Source: Promethearchaeota archaeon
Lineage (GTDB): Archaea; Asgardarchaeota; Lokiarchaeia; Sigyniarchaeales; SOKP01
DNA length: 54,797 bases
Direction: 5' to 3'
Assembly (NCBI GenBank): GCA_016839765.1
Contig: JAEOTP010000061.1
Span: 1 to 54,797 of the forward strand
Below are positions 20,204-30,400 of the stretch, piece after piece (positions within the stretch are counted from its first letter, which is position 1; the number at the start of each line of letters is the position of its first letter). The notes beneath the pieces were generated by a model. That model had not been told where the DNA came from. It searched no databases and saw nothing but the letters and a program-made list of their open reading frames with translations. The position numbers were made by a program, and so were the translations under genes.

Positions 20204-21175
20204 TTAATCTCTCATCCTCCTTCCTGTTAAATTTAGAAATACATCCTCAAGTGAGTTTTGCCTAAACTTCATGTTTTCAACCTCATCAATGTTGTCAATA
20301 AGCCCTTGTTGTAACAGTTTCACAAGGTTTTTTAAGCCACCCTTGAAAGATATTAACAAAGTTTGTCTTTCTTTCCTGTGAATTTCACTCGAATTTACAA
20401 CAAAAGGTATGTTTTGTATATTAGTTTTTACTACTTCAAGGTCTTCCTGTTCAAGGAATGATATTTCTAACACATTATCGCTTCCATACTTCTCTTTTAA
20501 TTCAGTAGGAGTTCCTTGAGCGATTATCTTCCCGTGGTCTATTATTGCGACCCGATCGCTTAAAGAATCAGCCTCAATCATGTCATGTGTCATGAGAATA
20601 ATTGTTATATCCTTATTTTTTAAATCACGGATAAAATCCCAAACAAGACGCCTTGCTTGAGGATCAAGCCCTGCTGTAGGCTCATCAAGAAATAAAATAT
20701 CGGGGTCAAATACTAGAGCCATTACGAGATTTAAACGGCGTTGCATACCTCCTGAAAAATGTTTAGACCAGTCTTTTCTTCCAGCTATTCCAAATTCTTT
20801 TAATAATTCTTTAGCTTTCTCTTTTGCTTCTTTACGAGGTATTCCATGCATACTTGCTACAAATTCAACATTTTCTTCTGCTCTTAGAACTTCATAAATT
20901 GTAATCTCTTGTGGACACACACCAATTAGTTTAACAATTTCTTTCTTTCCACTTAAAATACTATTTCCTTTGATTATTGCATCACCAGAGGTGGGAGTTA
21001 AAATAGTTGTAAGCATTCGAACGAGTGTGGTTTTCCCAGCACCATTAGGCCCAAGAATGCTAAAAAGTTCTCCTCTTTTTATTTTCAAGGATACTCCATC
21101 TACTGCCTTGACTTCTTTAAAATGTTTTTCAAGTTCTTTAACTTCAATAATAACAGAATCATTAATAGTGCTCAT
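20204..21175 (-). CDS. ABC exporter ATP-binding protein (DrrA-like)
   Basis: GPNGAGKTT, FSGGMQRR signature, LFLDEPTAGLD, C-terminal SLEDVFLNLTG. Confidence 0.95.
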   Translation of the reverse strand: MSTINDSVIIEVKELEKHFKEVKAVDGVSLKIKRGELFSILGPNGAGKTTLVRMLTTILTPTSGDAIIKGNSILSGKKEIVKLIGVCPQEITIYEVLRAEENVEFVASMHGIPRKEAKEKAKELLKEFGIAGRKDWSKHFSGGMQRRLNLVMALVFDPDILFLDEPTAGLDPQARRLVWDFIRDLKNKDITIILMTHDMIEADSLSDRVAIIDHGKIIAQGTPTELKEKYGSDNVLEISFLEQEDLEVVKTNIQNIPFVVNSSEIHRKERQTLLISFKGGLKNLVKLLQQGLIDNIDEVENMKFRQNSLEDVFLNLTGRRMRD

Positions 21176-21333
21176 AATATCAAAATCACATTAAAAATAA
21201 TTTTTATTATACTATAAATATAAAAAATATTTAAATTATTAACAATCTTGTTAAAAGTATATGCAAAATCTTCGAAGAATAACGGCTTTTTTATCTTAAT
21301 ATATTGAATAAAAGTAAAAGAAAACTAATTTTG

Positions 21334-21618
21334 TTAATCCTGTTGTTTATCTTTTTCAAAAAAAAGAGATTTTTTCATATCAAACTCAAGCTCTCGTAAT
21401 TTTCGTTTTATTTCTGTGGGATTATAATCTTTTTTCAGCATATCAATAATAGTTTCCTTTAAATTTTCTAAATTATCGACTGCACACTGATAAAAAATAT
21501 TATTTTCATCCATACTCATACTTAAAATATCATATAACCCTGTGAGGGCATCCCTTATTTTTTCATAATATTCCCATGCTCTATCTAAATCAGATTCCTT
21601 ATTAGTGTCAGTCATCAT
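21334..21618 (-). CDS. Small helical hypothetical protein
   Basis: 94-aa charged ORF filling the intergenic space; no recognisable motif. Confidence 0.65.
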   Translation of the reverse strand: MMTDTNKESDLDRAWEYYEKIRDALTGLYDILSMSMDENNIFYQCAVDNLENLKETIIDMLKKDYNPTEIKRKLRELEFDMKKSLFFEKDKQQD

Positions 21619-21781
21619 CGCTAAATTAAAAGTTTGTTAAATAAAAAAATGCAATACAATTTATAACATTTCTCTAATTAATTTAAAAGAATTGTATTAG
21701 TTATATCTTTTAGATTAGAGGACGAATAAATTAACATTTAATTAAATTGAATAAAATAAGAAGGTTAAAAAAATTTTAATC

Positions 21782-22114
21782 CTACAAAAGTGCTTTTATT
21801 TCCTTAGAAAAATCTCCGGCTTCAGCATTCTCAAGAATTTTGAAAACTTCTTCCGCATTAACCCTTAATGCTCCATCTAAGAGTTTCTCAAAACCAATTC
21901 GCGTGTTTAATCTTTCAGTTTTTTGTAAATGGAATATAACTCTTCCTAATTCATTTTTTAAGACGCCACCTTCGGCGTTTAAACAAACATCTAAAAGATA
22001 AGGAGCTACTTCCTCAATAACTTCTATGTCAACATTGCTTGCTAATTGATAAACCTTTTCTATTTGTTCATCAGTTAAAGTTAAAACTTCTACTTTTAAT
22101 TTGATTACTTCCAT
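21782..22114 (-). CDS. Small helical hypothetical protein
   Basis: 110-aa ORF with GTGAG RBS and protein-like composition. Confidence 0.7.
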   Translation of the reverse strand: MEVIKLKVEVLTLTDEQIEKVYQLASNVDIEVIEEVAPYLLDVCLNAEGGVLKNELGRVIFHLQKTERLNTRIGFEKLLDGALRVNAEEVFKILENAEAGDFSKEIKALL

Positions 22115-22616
22115 TTTTTTTTCTCACTTTTTTTAATATTATTTTTTTATTACTAACTAACGTAAGAATAAATTCATATTTAAATGTATTGGGGTTTTTT
22201 CCGTTTCCCTTTTTACGAGATCAGGCGAAATGTTAAAAATCTAACCATTTCAGGAATGATTTTGACAGAATCCGGAATCCATACAATTCATGGTGAAAGA
22301 GTCAATTTTTCATGGTTATTTATTCTTCAAAGTATTTTCTCCTTACTTTTTTAGGAATTTTTTTGACCAATTCCTGACTAATTTAAAAAGAGGGGTAAGA
22401 AATGGGTCTTTCTTAAACAATAAAAAGTTATGAAAAAATGATCGAAATTCCACAAATCTTTGCTTTTTTTTTCTTAACTGAAAAATTTTTTATTGAAACT
22501 TATTTCCTTTTTGATCAAATTTTACTTTTTAAATCATTATTGGAATTGATCATTATTGTATTTGGTACTTTTTTGAAGTTATATTTTTGATTTCAAAAAA
22601 AAGTAGATAATTTACA

Positions 22617-23729
22617 TTACTTATTTTTAAATTTCAAAACATCATGTAATTTAATTTTCATAGATAACCTATAACTTAAGATGTTTATAGTAGCTTTTAA
22701 TGAGGCTTTTGAACCTAATTTATGGTACATTATTCTAAATAAAAACCCACATAAAGCAGTTCCAATAACCCAAATAATTAAAATCTCGATATAGTTAAAT
22801 TGTCCAGGGAAAAGAAAATATAGTAGATAGTGAGATAAATAGATAGTAAATGAGTAAAATGAAAAATAATATAATAGCTTATAACTTTTAGTAGTTTTAA
22901 ATACTTCAAATATCTCAATCGCAATAAATATTGAAAAAACAATTAAAATTAAACCCCAAGAATAAGCTAATGATGATAAAGTGCCTAAAATTAAAAAATT
23001 TGGAAATTGAAAGAAAATCCCAAACATTAATATACACGTTCCAATGATTAAAGACGGTAAAATGAATCTTTTTTTAAACATATATCTTCTTTTTACTTGA
23101 TCCTCTATAATATTAAACTCGAATAGAAAATCGCCTAATACAGTTCCTAAAAGAAAAATCCCAAAGTAAGTTAGAATAATGTATTGATCTGTAGGATTAT
23201 ACAATATATGAAATGAGAAACCAAAAAAATTAGATTGTCCTTCATAAGGCAATAATAATTCCAATAGTACCATGTTTATGGCAAATATAAGAATACTTAC
23301 AACTATTCTAATATATTTAGACATTTTTAAGAAAGGCCAAGCTAATATAAGCGAAAATCCTACGGTTTGTAGAACATACCACGTCCAAATATCTGCTATA
23401 TCACCGCTCCAAATTAATATGAAAAGAGTGTTATAAAGAAAACCTATAAGTAAAATTATTATGGCTCTAATGAGATATACCTTTCTAACGGTTAATAGAT
23501 TAAAATCCTTTGAATTATTACTTTTAATTAAACTGTTTTTATAAGCTAAAGCAGTACTAATTCCTGAAACAAATAGGAATCCTGTAGCACCAACCGATTC
23601 GAGAAAAGCAAACATCCAATCTTTAAACCAGTAACTATCAAAACTAATCCACCATTCTAATATATGCCCAAATATCATAACCCACATGCAAGCGCCACGA
23701 ATAGTATCAATACTACGTATTCTTCTCAT
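22617..23729 (-). CDS. DUF1624/HGSNAT-like transmembrane acyltransferase
   Basis: RIRSIDTIRG...MIFGH, FLFVSGIS, W.VLQTVG, YSFTIYLSH; about 10 TM helices. Confidence 0.85.
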   Translation of the reverse strand: MRRIRSIDTIRGACMWVMIFGHILEWWISFDSYWFKDWMFAFLESVGATGFLFVSGISTALAYKNSLIKSNNSKDFNLLTVRKVYLIRAIIILLIGFLYNTLFILIWSGDIADIWTWYVLQTVGFSLILAWPFLKMSKYIRIVVSILIFAINMVLLELLLPYEGQSNFFGFSFHILYNPTDQYIILTYFGIFLLGTVLGDFLFEFNIIEDQVKRRYMFKKRFILPSLIIGTCILMFGIFFQFPNFLILGTLSSLAYSWGLILIVFSIFIAIEIFEVFKTTKSYKLLYYFSFYSFTIYLSHYLLYFLFPGQFNYIEILIIWVIGTALCGFLFRIMYHKLGSKASLKATINILSYRLSMKIKLHDVLKFKNK

Positions 23730-23849
23730 TTAAATAAGACTCCCTAATTTCTTGTATTTAAATAATTCTATCAACTAAAATTAATTATTATTTTAATACA
23801 AAATTAGATATAAAATTTTTTAAATTTCGAACACCAATGGAATCCAGAT

Positions 23850-24431
23850 ATGGTAATTGACAAAACTGGGCGTCTTCATATTGTCTATTATAGTGAAGAA
23901 GGAGGTAATTACAAACCTTATTACCGGACCGTTAATTTTACTGGTTCCAACCGAAATGAAACGGAATTTTCTGATCAGATTGCAATAGCAGATAGAGATA
24001 CTAGTAGTGCATTCTTTAGACCGGGAGAATATTTTGCTATTCAACTCGATAATAATGGTATTCCTCATGTAGCTTGGTCTGATGGAAGAGATAATGAAAT
24101 GGATATATATTATGCCCATGGACTTACAGAAATACCACCATCATTCAATATTGTATTGCTTATTGTGATTATAGCTATTATCAGCACAATTTCCTTGGTA
24201 ACAATTTTTTATATTAGACATAGACGTAAGCTACAACCTATAACAGATAAAGTAGATAAAACAATGAAAGAGCGGAGAAAAGCATACAGGAAGACTTTTT
24301 TGTACTTCTGTGAAACTTCTAAGAAATTTAGCCATACGTTCACAGAATTTTGTGAAAATTGCGGAGGTAAAGCTAGTTTGAGAAAAGCAACGAAAAACGA
24401 TTATGAGAAGTATATGCCAGAGCTAAAATAA
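23850..24431 (+). CDS. Probably 5'-truncated membrane-anchored beta-propeller (sialidase/BNR-like) protein with a cytoplasmic Zn-ribbon-like tail
   Basis: Propeller-like blades (QWNPD)MVIDKTGRLHIVYY and GEYFAIQLDNNGIPHVAWSDGR, one TM helix, tail CETS...CENCG; no signal peptide. Confidence 0.55.
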   Translation: MVIDKTGRLHIVYYSEEGGNYKPYYRTVNFTGSNRNETEFSDQIAIADRDTSSAFFRPGEYFAIQLDNNGIPHVAWSDGRDNEMDIYYAHGLTEIPPSFNIVLLIVIIAIISTISLVTIFYIRHRRKLQPITDKVDKTMKERRKAYRKTFLYFCETSKKFSHTFTEFCENCGGKASLRKATKNDYEKYMPELK

Positions 24432-24721
24432 TTGATGGATTCAAATTTTTTTATGTTCACTTATAAAATATGATAATTGTGTGATTCAATTAGATATATT
24501 CTATTACTGATTTCATTCGTTGAAATTTATGAATTTATACAAAAAGGAACAAATAAAAGAAAAATGAAAAAAATTTGTCATAATTACAACTATTTTTATC
24601 TTAAAAAATTTTTGTTTCTAACTAAAAAGTTTAAAAAATAATAATTAAATTTTAATAAATTTATTAATTTCAATATTTAAGGTATTATTTAATCAAAATT
24701 ACTAAAAAGAGTATAATTATA

Positions 24722-25393
24722 ATGGTTGTAATAACAACTAAAAAACCAGATGAAGAAGTATTCGAAGCACTTCAGAATTATAAAGTTAAAAAATTAACTG
24801 TTGTTTCTTGTGGAACTTGTGCTGCGTTATGCCAAACTGGGGGAACTGAAGGCGCAGAAGAATGGAGGAAAAAATTAGAGGAAAAAGGGTATGAAATAGA
24901 AGCTGTGATAGTCTCAGAAGATGTATGTGATAATAGAGTAATGAAAAAAGATTTACGAAAAATCGATGATGAAGTAAGAGCATCTGACGCAATTTTAACT
25001 CTTAGTTGTGGACTTGGAGTCCAATCAATCGTAGAAGTTATTCAAGATAAATATCCAAAAAAACCAGTTCTAGTCTCTAATAATACAAAATTTATTGGAA
25101 TGACGGAGAGAATTGGACGATTTTATTTGCGATGCCGAGCATGTGGTGATTGCCTTTTAAATTATACTGGTGGTATATGTCCTATTGCCACATGTGCTAA
25201 AGGTCTCATGAATGGCCCCTGTGGTGGTATGGTTGATGGTAAATGTGAAGTGGATAATTATGAAAGGGATTGTGGCTGGATTTTGATTTTCAATCGACTA
25301 AAAGCAATTGGTAGACTTGATTTATTTAGTATGTTGCGTGATGCTCGAGACTGGTCTGAAAGTGGTCATCAACAAGAGGTTATATTTAGATAG
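24722..25393 (+). CDS. metV: MetV (copy 2)
   Basis: SCGTCAALCQTGG, LSCGLGVQ, CRACGDC...GGICP...CAKGLMNGPCGG...CEV...CGW. Confidence 0.9.
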   Translation: MVVITTKKPDEEVFEALQNYKVKKLTVVSCGTCAALCQTGGTEGAEEWRKKLEEKGYEIEAVIVSEDVCDNRVMKKDLRKIDDEVRASDAILTLSCGLGVQSIVEVIQDKYPKKPVLVSNNTKFIGMTERIGRFYLRCRACGDCLLNYTGGICPIATCAKGLMNGPCGGMVDGKCEVDNYERDCGWILIFNRLKAIGRLDLFSMLRDARDWSESGHQQEVIFR

Positions 25394-25406
25394 GAGGTAG
25401 AAAAAA

Positions 25407-26339
25407 ATGGAAGGAAATCATGCTTATTCAAAATTAGGAGAAGCCCTTGTAAAGGGTGATTTTATATTAACAGGGGAACTTGAACCAGAAAAGACATGTG
25501 ATCTCTCTCATACTATCCAAGAAGCGAAAGAAATGGCTCCTTACGTTGTTGCAGCTAACGTAACTGATAGTCCACTTGGTATTGTTACTATTAACAGTAT
25601 GGCGGCATCACACATTATTCAGAGGGAAGCAGATTTAGAAGTCATTTGGCAATTAACGGTAAGGGATGTTAATAAACTTGGAATTGCTGGGATGATAATG
25701 GGAGGTCATGCTTTAGGATTACGTAATGTCCTTTCACTCACTGGAGATCACACAGCATTGGGAGATATGCCTGAAAGCAAACCTGTTTTTGATTTGGACT
25801 CTGCAACATTAGTAAAACTTGTTAGAGAAATGGTAGATACTGGTAAGATCAATGGACATGAAATTGAACACCCTCCAAAATTTCACGTAGGTTGTGCTGG
25901 GAATCCAAATGCAGAGCCCATGGAAGCAGAAATCCTAAAAATTGGCCGTAAAGCTGAAGCTGGTGCCGAATTTTTACAAACCCAAGTAGTATATGATTTA
26001 GAGCGAACAATTGAATTCTTAACAGAAATTAAAAAATATAAAGTACCTGTTCTTTTAGGAATATTTCCTATGAAGAGCTACGGAATAGCTAAAGGTTTCG
26101 ATACCTTTGTACCCGGCGTGAGTGTTCCAAAAGATATTTTGGCTAAATGGAAAGGGATTAAGACCGAATATAAGACCGATAAAAAGATGCAAAAAGAAGC
26201 CTATGATCAAGCCAATTATGAATTCTTTAAACCCTTTATTAGAGAGCTAAGAAAAAAGAATTTACTTAGCGGGGTTCATTGCATGGCTGTTCACTACCCC
26301 AGAGTTTTTCCAAAACTCATGGAAATCATCCAAACCTAA
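25407..26339 (+). CDS. metF: MetF (copy 2)
   Basis: TGELEPEK, ANVTDSP, QLTVRD, LTGDH, FLQTQ, GVHCM; GGAGGT RBS. Confidence 0.9.
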   Translation: MEGNHAYSKLGEALVKGDFILTGELEPEKTCDLSHTIQEAKEMAPYVVAANVTDSPLGIVTINSMAASHIIQREADLEVIWQLTVRDVNKLGIAGMIMGGHALGLRNVLSLTGDHTALGDMPESKPVFDLDSATLVKLVREMVDTGKINGHEIEHPPKFHVGCAGNPNAEPMEAEILKIGRKAEAGAEFLQTQVVYDLERTIEFLTEIKKYKVPVLLGIFPMKSYGIAKGFDTFVPGVSVPKDILAKWKGIKTEYKTDKKMQKEAYDQANYEFFKPFIRELRKKNLLSGVHCMAVHYPRVFPKLMEIIQT

Positions 26340-26910
26340 ATCAAGCTCCCTTCTTTTTACTTTTTTTCAATAAAGATTCAATTTATCAAATCCTACCTAG
26401 TTTTGAAAGTGTAAATTTACGCCCTCTGAATTTATATAAATAAAATCTATTTGAAGTAATATCTAAACTATTTAAAGAAATAAAAAAAATTACTCTGCTA
26501 AGGATTCTAACAAAATAAATGATTCAAAAGTTATTTCACGTAAATTTCTTTATTTTAACTCATGTGCAACATTTTTCTTAAAAATCAAGATCTTTCAGCA
26601 GACCCAAAGTTACCAACTTACTGTTCAAAAAGTGAATTTTATATTTTCACAGATCCTTCTCTCCATTTATCGCCACTTTTCCTGTGAATGAAATTTGAAG
26701 GTTTTTTCACAAATGTTGTACAATAAATCATATCTGAATTAATATGATTTAATTGCTCAATGCAATTCTGTTTAAGAAAGTAACACTTGGAGAGAAATCA
26801 AATGAGATTGTATTATACCATTCATCTTCATAGCTTTTATATTTCAGTTTTATATTCTTCTAATATTCCTTTAAAATATTACTATAAACTTTAAAAGTCA
26901 TATAATTAAA

Positions 26911-28452
26911 ATGGAATGTATGGAGACATATGATTTAGTTGTAATTGGCAGTGGAGCTGGTCTTAATGTTATTAATACTGGACTTCAATTGGGCCTTAAA
27001 TGCGCCCTTGTTGAGGATACTAAGCTTGGTGCTACCTGTTTGACACGTGGGTGTATACCTTCAAAAGTATTAGTTTATCCAGCCGATGTAATTCGAGAAG
27101 CTCAAAATGCAAAAAAGGTGGGCATTGATGTCAACATAGGAAATATAAATTGGGAATTAATTTCAAAGCGCATGTGGTCTCAAATTGATGAGAGTAATGA
27201 AATGGAAAAAGGGCTATCTCAAGTTCCAAATCTGACGCTTTATCGAGGAGTGGGTGAATTTATTGGAGAGTATGAAATGGAAGTAAAAACTCACGTTGGT
27301 GAGCAAAGTCTTGGGAGATTTAAGGGAGATAAATTCGTTTTAGCTTCTGGGGCACGTTCATTCATTCCACCCATTAAAGGATTAAATGAAGTTGACTATA
27401 TCACAAACGAGTCTTTTTTTGAAGATAGATTTCCAGATAAACCTTGGAAAAGTCTAATTATTATAGGAGGTGGAGTGATTGCTGCTGAATTTGCTCATAT
27501 TTTTTCTGCCGTAGGAACAGAAGTAACAATCATTGAAATGCTTCCACATTTGGTTGCAACCGAGGAGCCTGAAATTAGTAAATTTTTAGAGCAAAATTTT
27601 AAGAAATATATGAATGTATTAGTAAATCATAAAGCTATTGAAATAAAATCTAAAAAGAATCTTAAAATTGTAATTGCAGAGAATTTGAAAACTGGCGAGA
27701 AGGTAGAAGTAAAAGCTGATGAGATTTTCATAGCTACTGGTCGAAAATCAAATGCAGATCGTCTAAAAGTTGAAAATACAGGAGTTGAAGTTGACAATAG
27801 TGAGTGGATAAAAACGAATCATTATTTAGAAACAACCAAGGAAAACATATGGTGTATTGGTGATGCAAATGGATTATATCAATTTAGACATAAAGCCAAT
27901 TATGAATCAGAAATTTGTACAAATAATATTTTTGGACCCCCAGAAAATAAGCAATCAGTTGATTATTCTGCCGTACCATGGGCTATTTTTACGTACCCCC
28001 AAATAGGACATGTAGGAATGACTGAAGCTGAAGCTATCGAAAAAGGTTATGAAATATTTGTAGCTTTAAAAAATTATTCAAGCGTGGCAAAAGGTTTTGC
28101 CATGGGTTTTAATCAAAAGGATGATGATGATGGTTTTGTTAAATTAATCGTGGACAAATCTTATAGAATTTTAGGAGCACATGTTGTTGGATCCCATGCG
28201 GCAGTCTTAGTTCAACCATTTGTGTATTTAATGAACTCAGGATTTACATGTATATTACCGGAATTTTCTGAAAAAACAGATGTACCAAAATTGGAACGCG
28301 CATGCCCAGAAGGTGGTTCATTCATGCCGATTTATAAATCTATGATAATTCATCCCTCATTAAATGAAGTTACAGGATGGGCAATTGGTTCTCTACGACC
28401 AGTTAATATAAAAATGGAGCACCAACACCATGATCATAATCATGAAGAATAA
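26911..28452 (+). CDS. Class-I pyridine nucleotide-disulfide oxidoreductase (dihydrolipoamide dehydrogenase/mycothione reductase-like)
   Basis: GSGAG FAD motif, redox CLTRGC, GGGVIAAE nucleotide motif, IGDA, C-terminal HPSLNE; His-rich tail. Confidence 0.9.
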   Translation: MECMETYDLVVIGSGAGLNVINTGLQLGLKCALVEDTKLGATCLTRGCIPSKVLVYPADVIREAQNAKKVGIDVNIGNINWELISKRMWSQIDESNEMEKGLSQVPNLTLYRGVGEFIGEYEMEVKTHVGEQSLGRFKGDKFVLASGARSFIPPIKGLNEVDYITNESFFEDRFPDKPWKSLIIIGGGVIAAEFAHIFSAVGTEVTIIEMLPHLVATEEPEISKFLEQNFKKYMNVLVNHKAIEIKSKKNLKIVIAENLKTGEKVEVKADEIFIATGRKSNADRLKVENTGVEVDNSEWIKTNHYLETTKENIWCIGDANGLYQFRHKANYESEICTNNIFGPPENKQSVDYSAVPWAIFTYPQIGHVGMTEAEAIEKGYEIFVALKNYSSVAKGFAMGFNQKDDDDGFVKLIVDKSYRILGAHVVGSHAAVLVQPFVYLMNSGFTCILPEFSEKTDVPKLERACPEGGSFMPIYKSMIIHPSLNEVTGWAIGSLRPVNIKMEHQHHDHNHEE

Positions 28453-28529
28453 TTTTTTTTTAAATTCTATTTATTATTAATTGAAAAATCATTATATTTT
28501 TAGATATTTTAATCTAATATTAAGATTAG

Positions 28530-30386
28530 ATGGTTTTAAAAAGTAATATTAATTTAAAGAACAATTCAATAGGTCAAATTTTTACACCAGAATATATCGC
28601 TGAATTCATGGTAAAAAACTTTGTTAAACTAATAAAAGATAATAATTTTTTTAAAAATAAACAGCAGAGTTTATCTAATTTAAGAATTCTAGAACCCTCT
28701 GCTGGTAGAGGGGTATTTTTAAAGTTCCTAATTGAAAACAAATTCTCAGATATAACAGCCTATGAAATGGATATTAATTTGAAGCATAAATTAATGAAAT
28801 CTTATCCAACAGTAAAATTTGAATTTGATAATTTTCTTGGATCTGATTTAAATGATTCATATGATATAATAATAGGTAATCCACCATACTTAGGACAAAA
28901 TTATAATGCTGAAATTTTTCAAAATTATGTGAAAAAGTATCCTATATGTGCTAAATACTTTGTTGGTAATATGGATTTATTTTACTTTTTTATCCATTTA
29001 GGGATTTTAAAACTCAATCCAGGGGGACTCCTTTCATTTATTACAACAAACTATTGGGTTACAAAATCTGACAAAACTGGAATAAAGTTACTGAAACCAC
29101 ATATTCTAGATGATTGTTATTTTATTCAGTATATCGATTTAAGGAAATTAAAAATATTTAAAGATGCTACTGGTCAGCATAATTGTATTTTTATTCTAAG
29201 GAAGAAAACAGATCAGGAGAAGCTACGATCTGTAAATAAACCTATTCAAGTAATTCAGATTACTAAGAATAGAAATTCAAACCATATTGATGAAAAGTTC
29301 AATACTATGATCTTTAAACAGGTATTATTAAGAAATGATAATAGAAATATAAGAAAATATAGATCTGCTATAACAAATAATGATTTGAAACCAGATAGAA
29401 GTTGGAACTTATTATATCCGGTGGAAATAAAGGAGATTGTTGATAATATTGAAAAAAAATGTGTCGTTAACAGTAAAATCTCTTATCTCAAGGATAAATT
29501 TATTGTTCGTAACGGTTTAATTTTCATAAAAGATGACATTTTCATTCTAAATGAAGGAAAAAATCTTAAAATAAAAAAACAAGATGTATACATAAAAATT
29601 AATAAAATTTTTATGAAAATTACAGATGCTGAGAAGCAAAGACTTAAGAAAATTTATAAAAGTAAATCAATAAAGTCTTACGGTTATATTGAAGGAGAAC
29701 ATATCGGATTTGCTATATATTTTAATAAAAATGAATTTGATGGCGCGAATATAGAGGAAAGAAATCGATTTTTTGAAGAAAAATATCCAAATCTAATTCA
29801 ATATCTAAAACAATATAAAACAGAATTAAGAAATATTTTAGTTAATGCAAAAGAAAATCCAAATGATTATTTTTTTCCAAGAAGAGGGACGTTTATTCGA
29901 AGTAATGAAAAAAAATCCAATGAAAGCTTAATCGATCTTGAACCTTTTTATGAAAGTGATAAAAAGATCTTTTTTAAGTATATCTCTAATGATAATATTT
30001 TCGGATATTCAAATTCTTCATATTTTGCTACATCTGATACATATTTCTTATGGCCAAGATTAAGCCAAAAATCTATTGATTACACATTTATGTTAGCGTA
30101 TTTGAATTCTAAATTAGTCCGTTTTTTATTTAACGCAAAGAATATTCGGTTAAAGAGAAGTAAGACAAAATTGGAAGATGATTTGCCCATCCCTTTTATA
30201 GAAAACTTTATATCAGAAATAGATCGTGAAAAAATTTCTTTAATCAAAAAATTAACAAACCAATTAATTCAATCCAGCGGGAAAAGAAAAGGAATTCAGG
30301 GAAGAATTGATGAATTGATTTTCGATTTATTTAGGATAAAAGAAAAAGAGATTAATCTCTTATCTAACTTCTTTTATGATTTTTAA
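28530..30386 (+). CDS. Gamma-class N6-adenine DNA methyltransferase (TaqI/Eco57I-M-like), apparently orphan
   Basis: GQIFTP, motif I ILEPSAGRGVF, motif IV IIGNPPY, C-terminal TRD with AYLNSKL. Confidence 0.9.
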   Translation: MVLKSNINLKNNSIGQIFTPEYIAEFMVKNFVKLIKDNNFFKNKQQSLSNLRILEPSAGRGVFLKFLIENKFSDITAYEMDINLKHKLMKSYPTVKFEFDNFLGSDLNDSYDIIIGNPPYLGQNYNAEIFQNYVKKYPICAKYFVGNMDLFYFFIHLGILKLNPGGLLSFITTNYWVTKSDKTGIKLLKPHILDDCYFIQYIDLRKLKIFKDATGQHNCIFILRKKTDQEKLRSVNKPIQVIQITKNRNSNHIDEKFNTMIFKQVLLRNDNRNIRKYRSAITNNDLKPDRSWNLLYPVEIKEIVDNIEKKCVVNSKISYLKDKFIVRNGLIFIKDDIFILNEGKNLKIKKQDVYIKINKIFMKITDAEKQRLKKIYKSKSIKSYGYIEGEHIGFAIYFNKNEFDGANIEERNRFFEEKYPNLIQYLKQYKTELRNILVNAKENPNDYFFPRRGTFIRSNEKKSNESLIDLEPFYESDKKIFFKYISNDNIFGYSNSSYFATSDTYFLWPRLSQKSIDYTFMLAYLNSKLVRFLFNAKNIRLKRSKTKLEDDLPIPFIENFISEIDREKISLIKKLTNQLIQSSGKRKGIQGRIDELIFDLFRIKEKEINLLSNFFYDF

Positions 30387-30400
30387 TTGATTTGATAAAG

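Noticed and set aside
22190-22215. ORB box / replication origin
   Set aside because: A single G-string, no repeated TCCAnTGGAA-like boxes and no cdc6/orc1 nearby
26340-26910. 570-bp gap after the second metF: hidden gene or ncRNA
   Set aside because: Only short stop-interrupted frames with no recognisable homology and no convincing stems; possibly a decayed gene but unsupported
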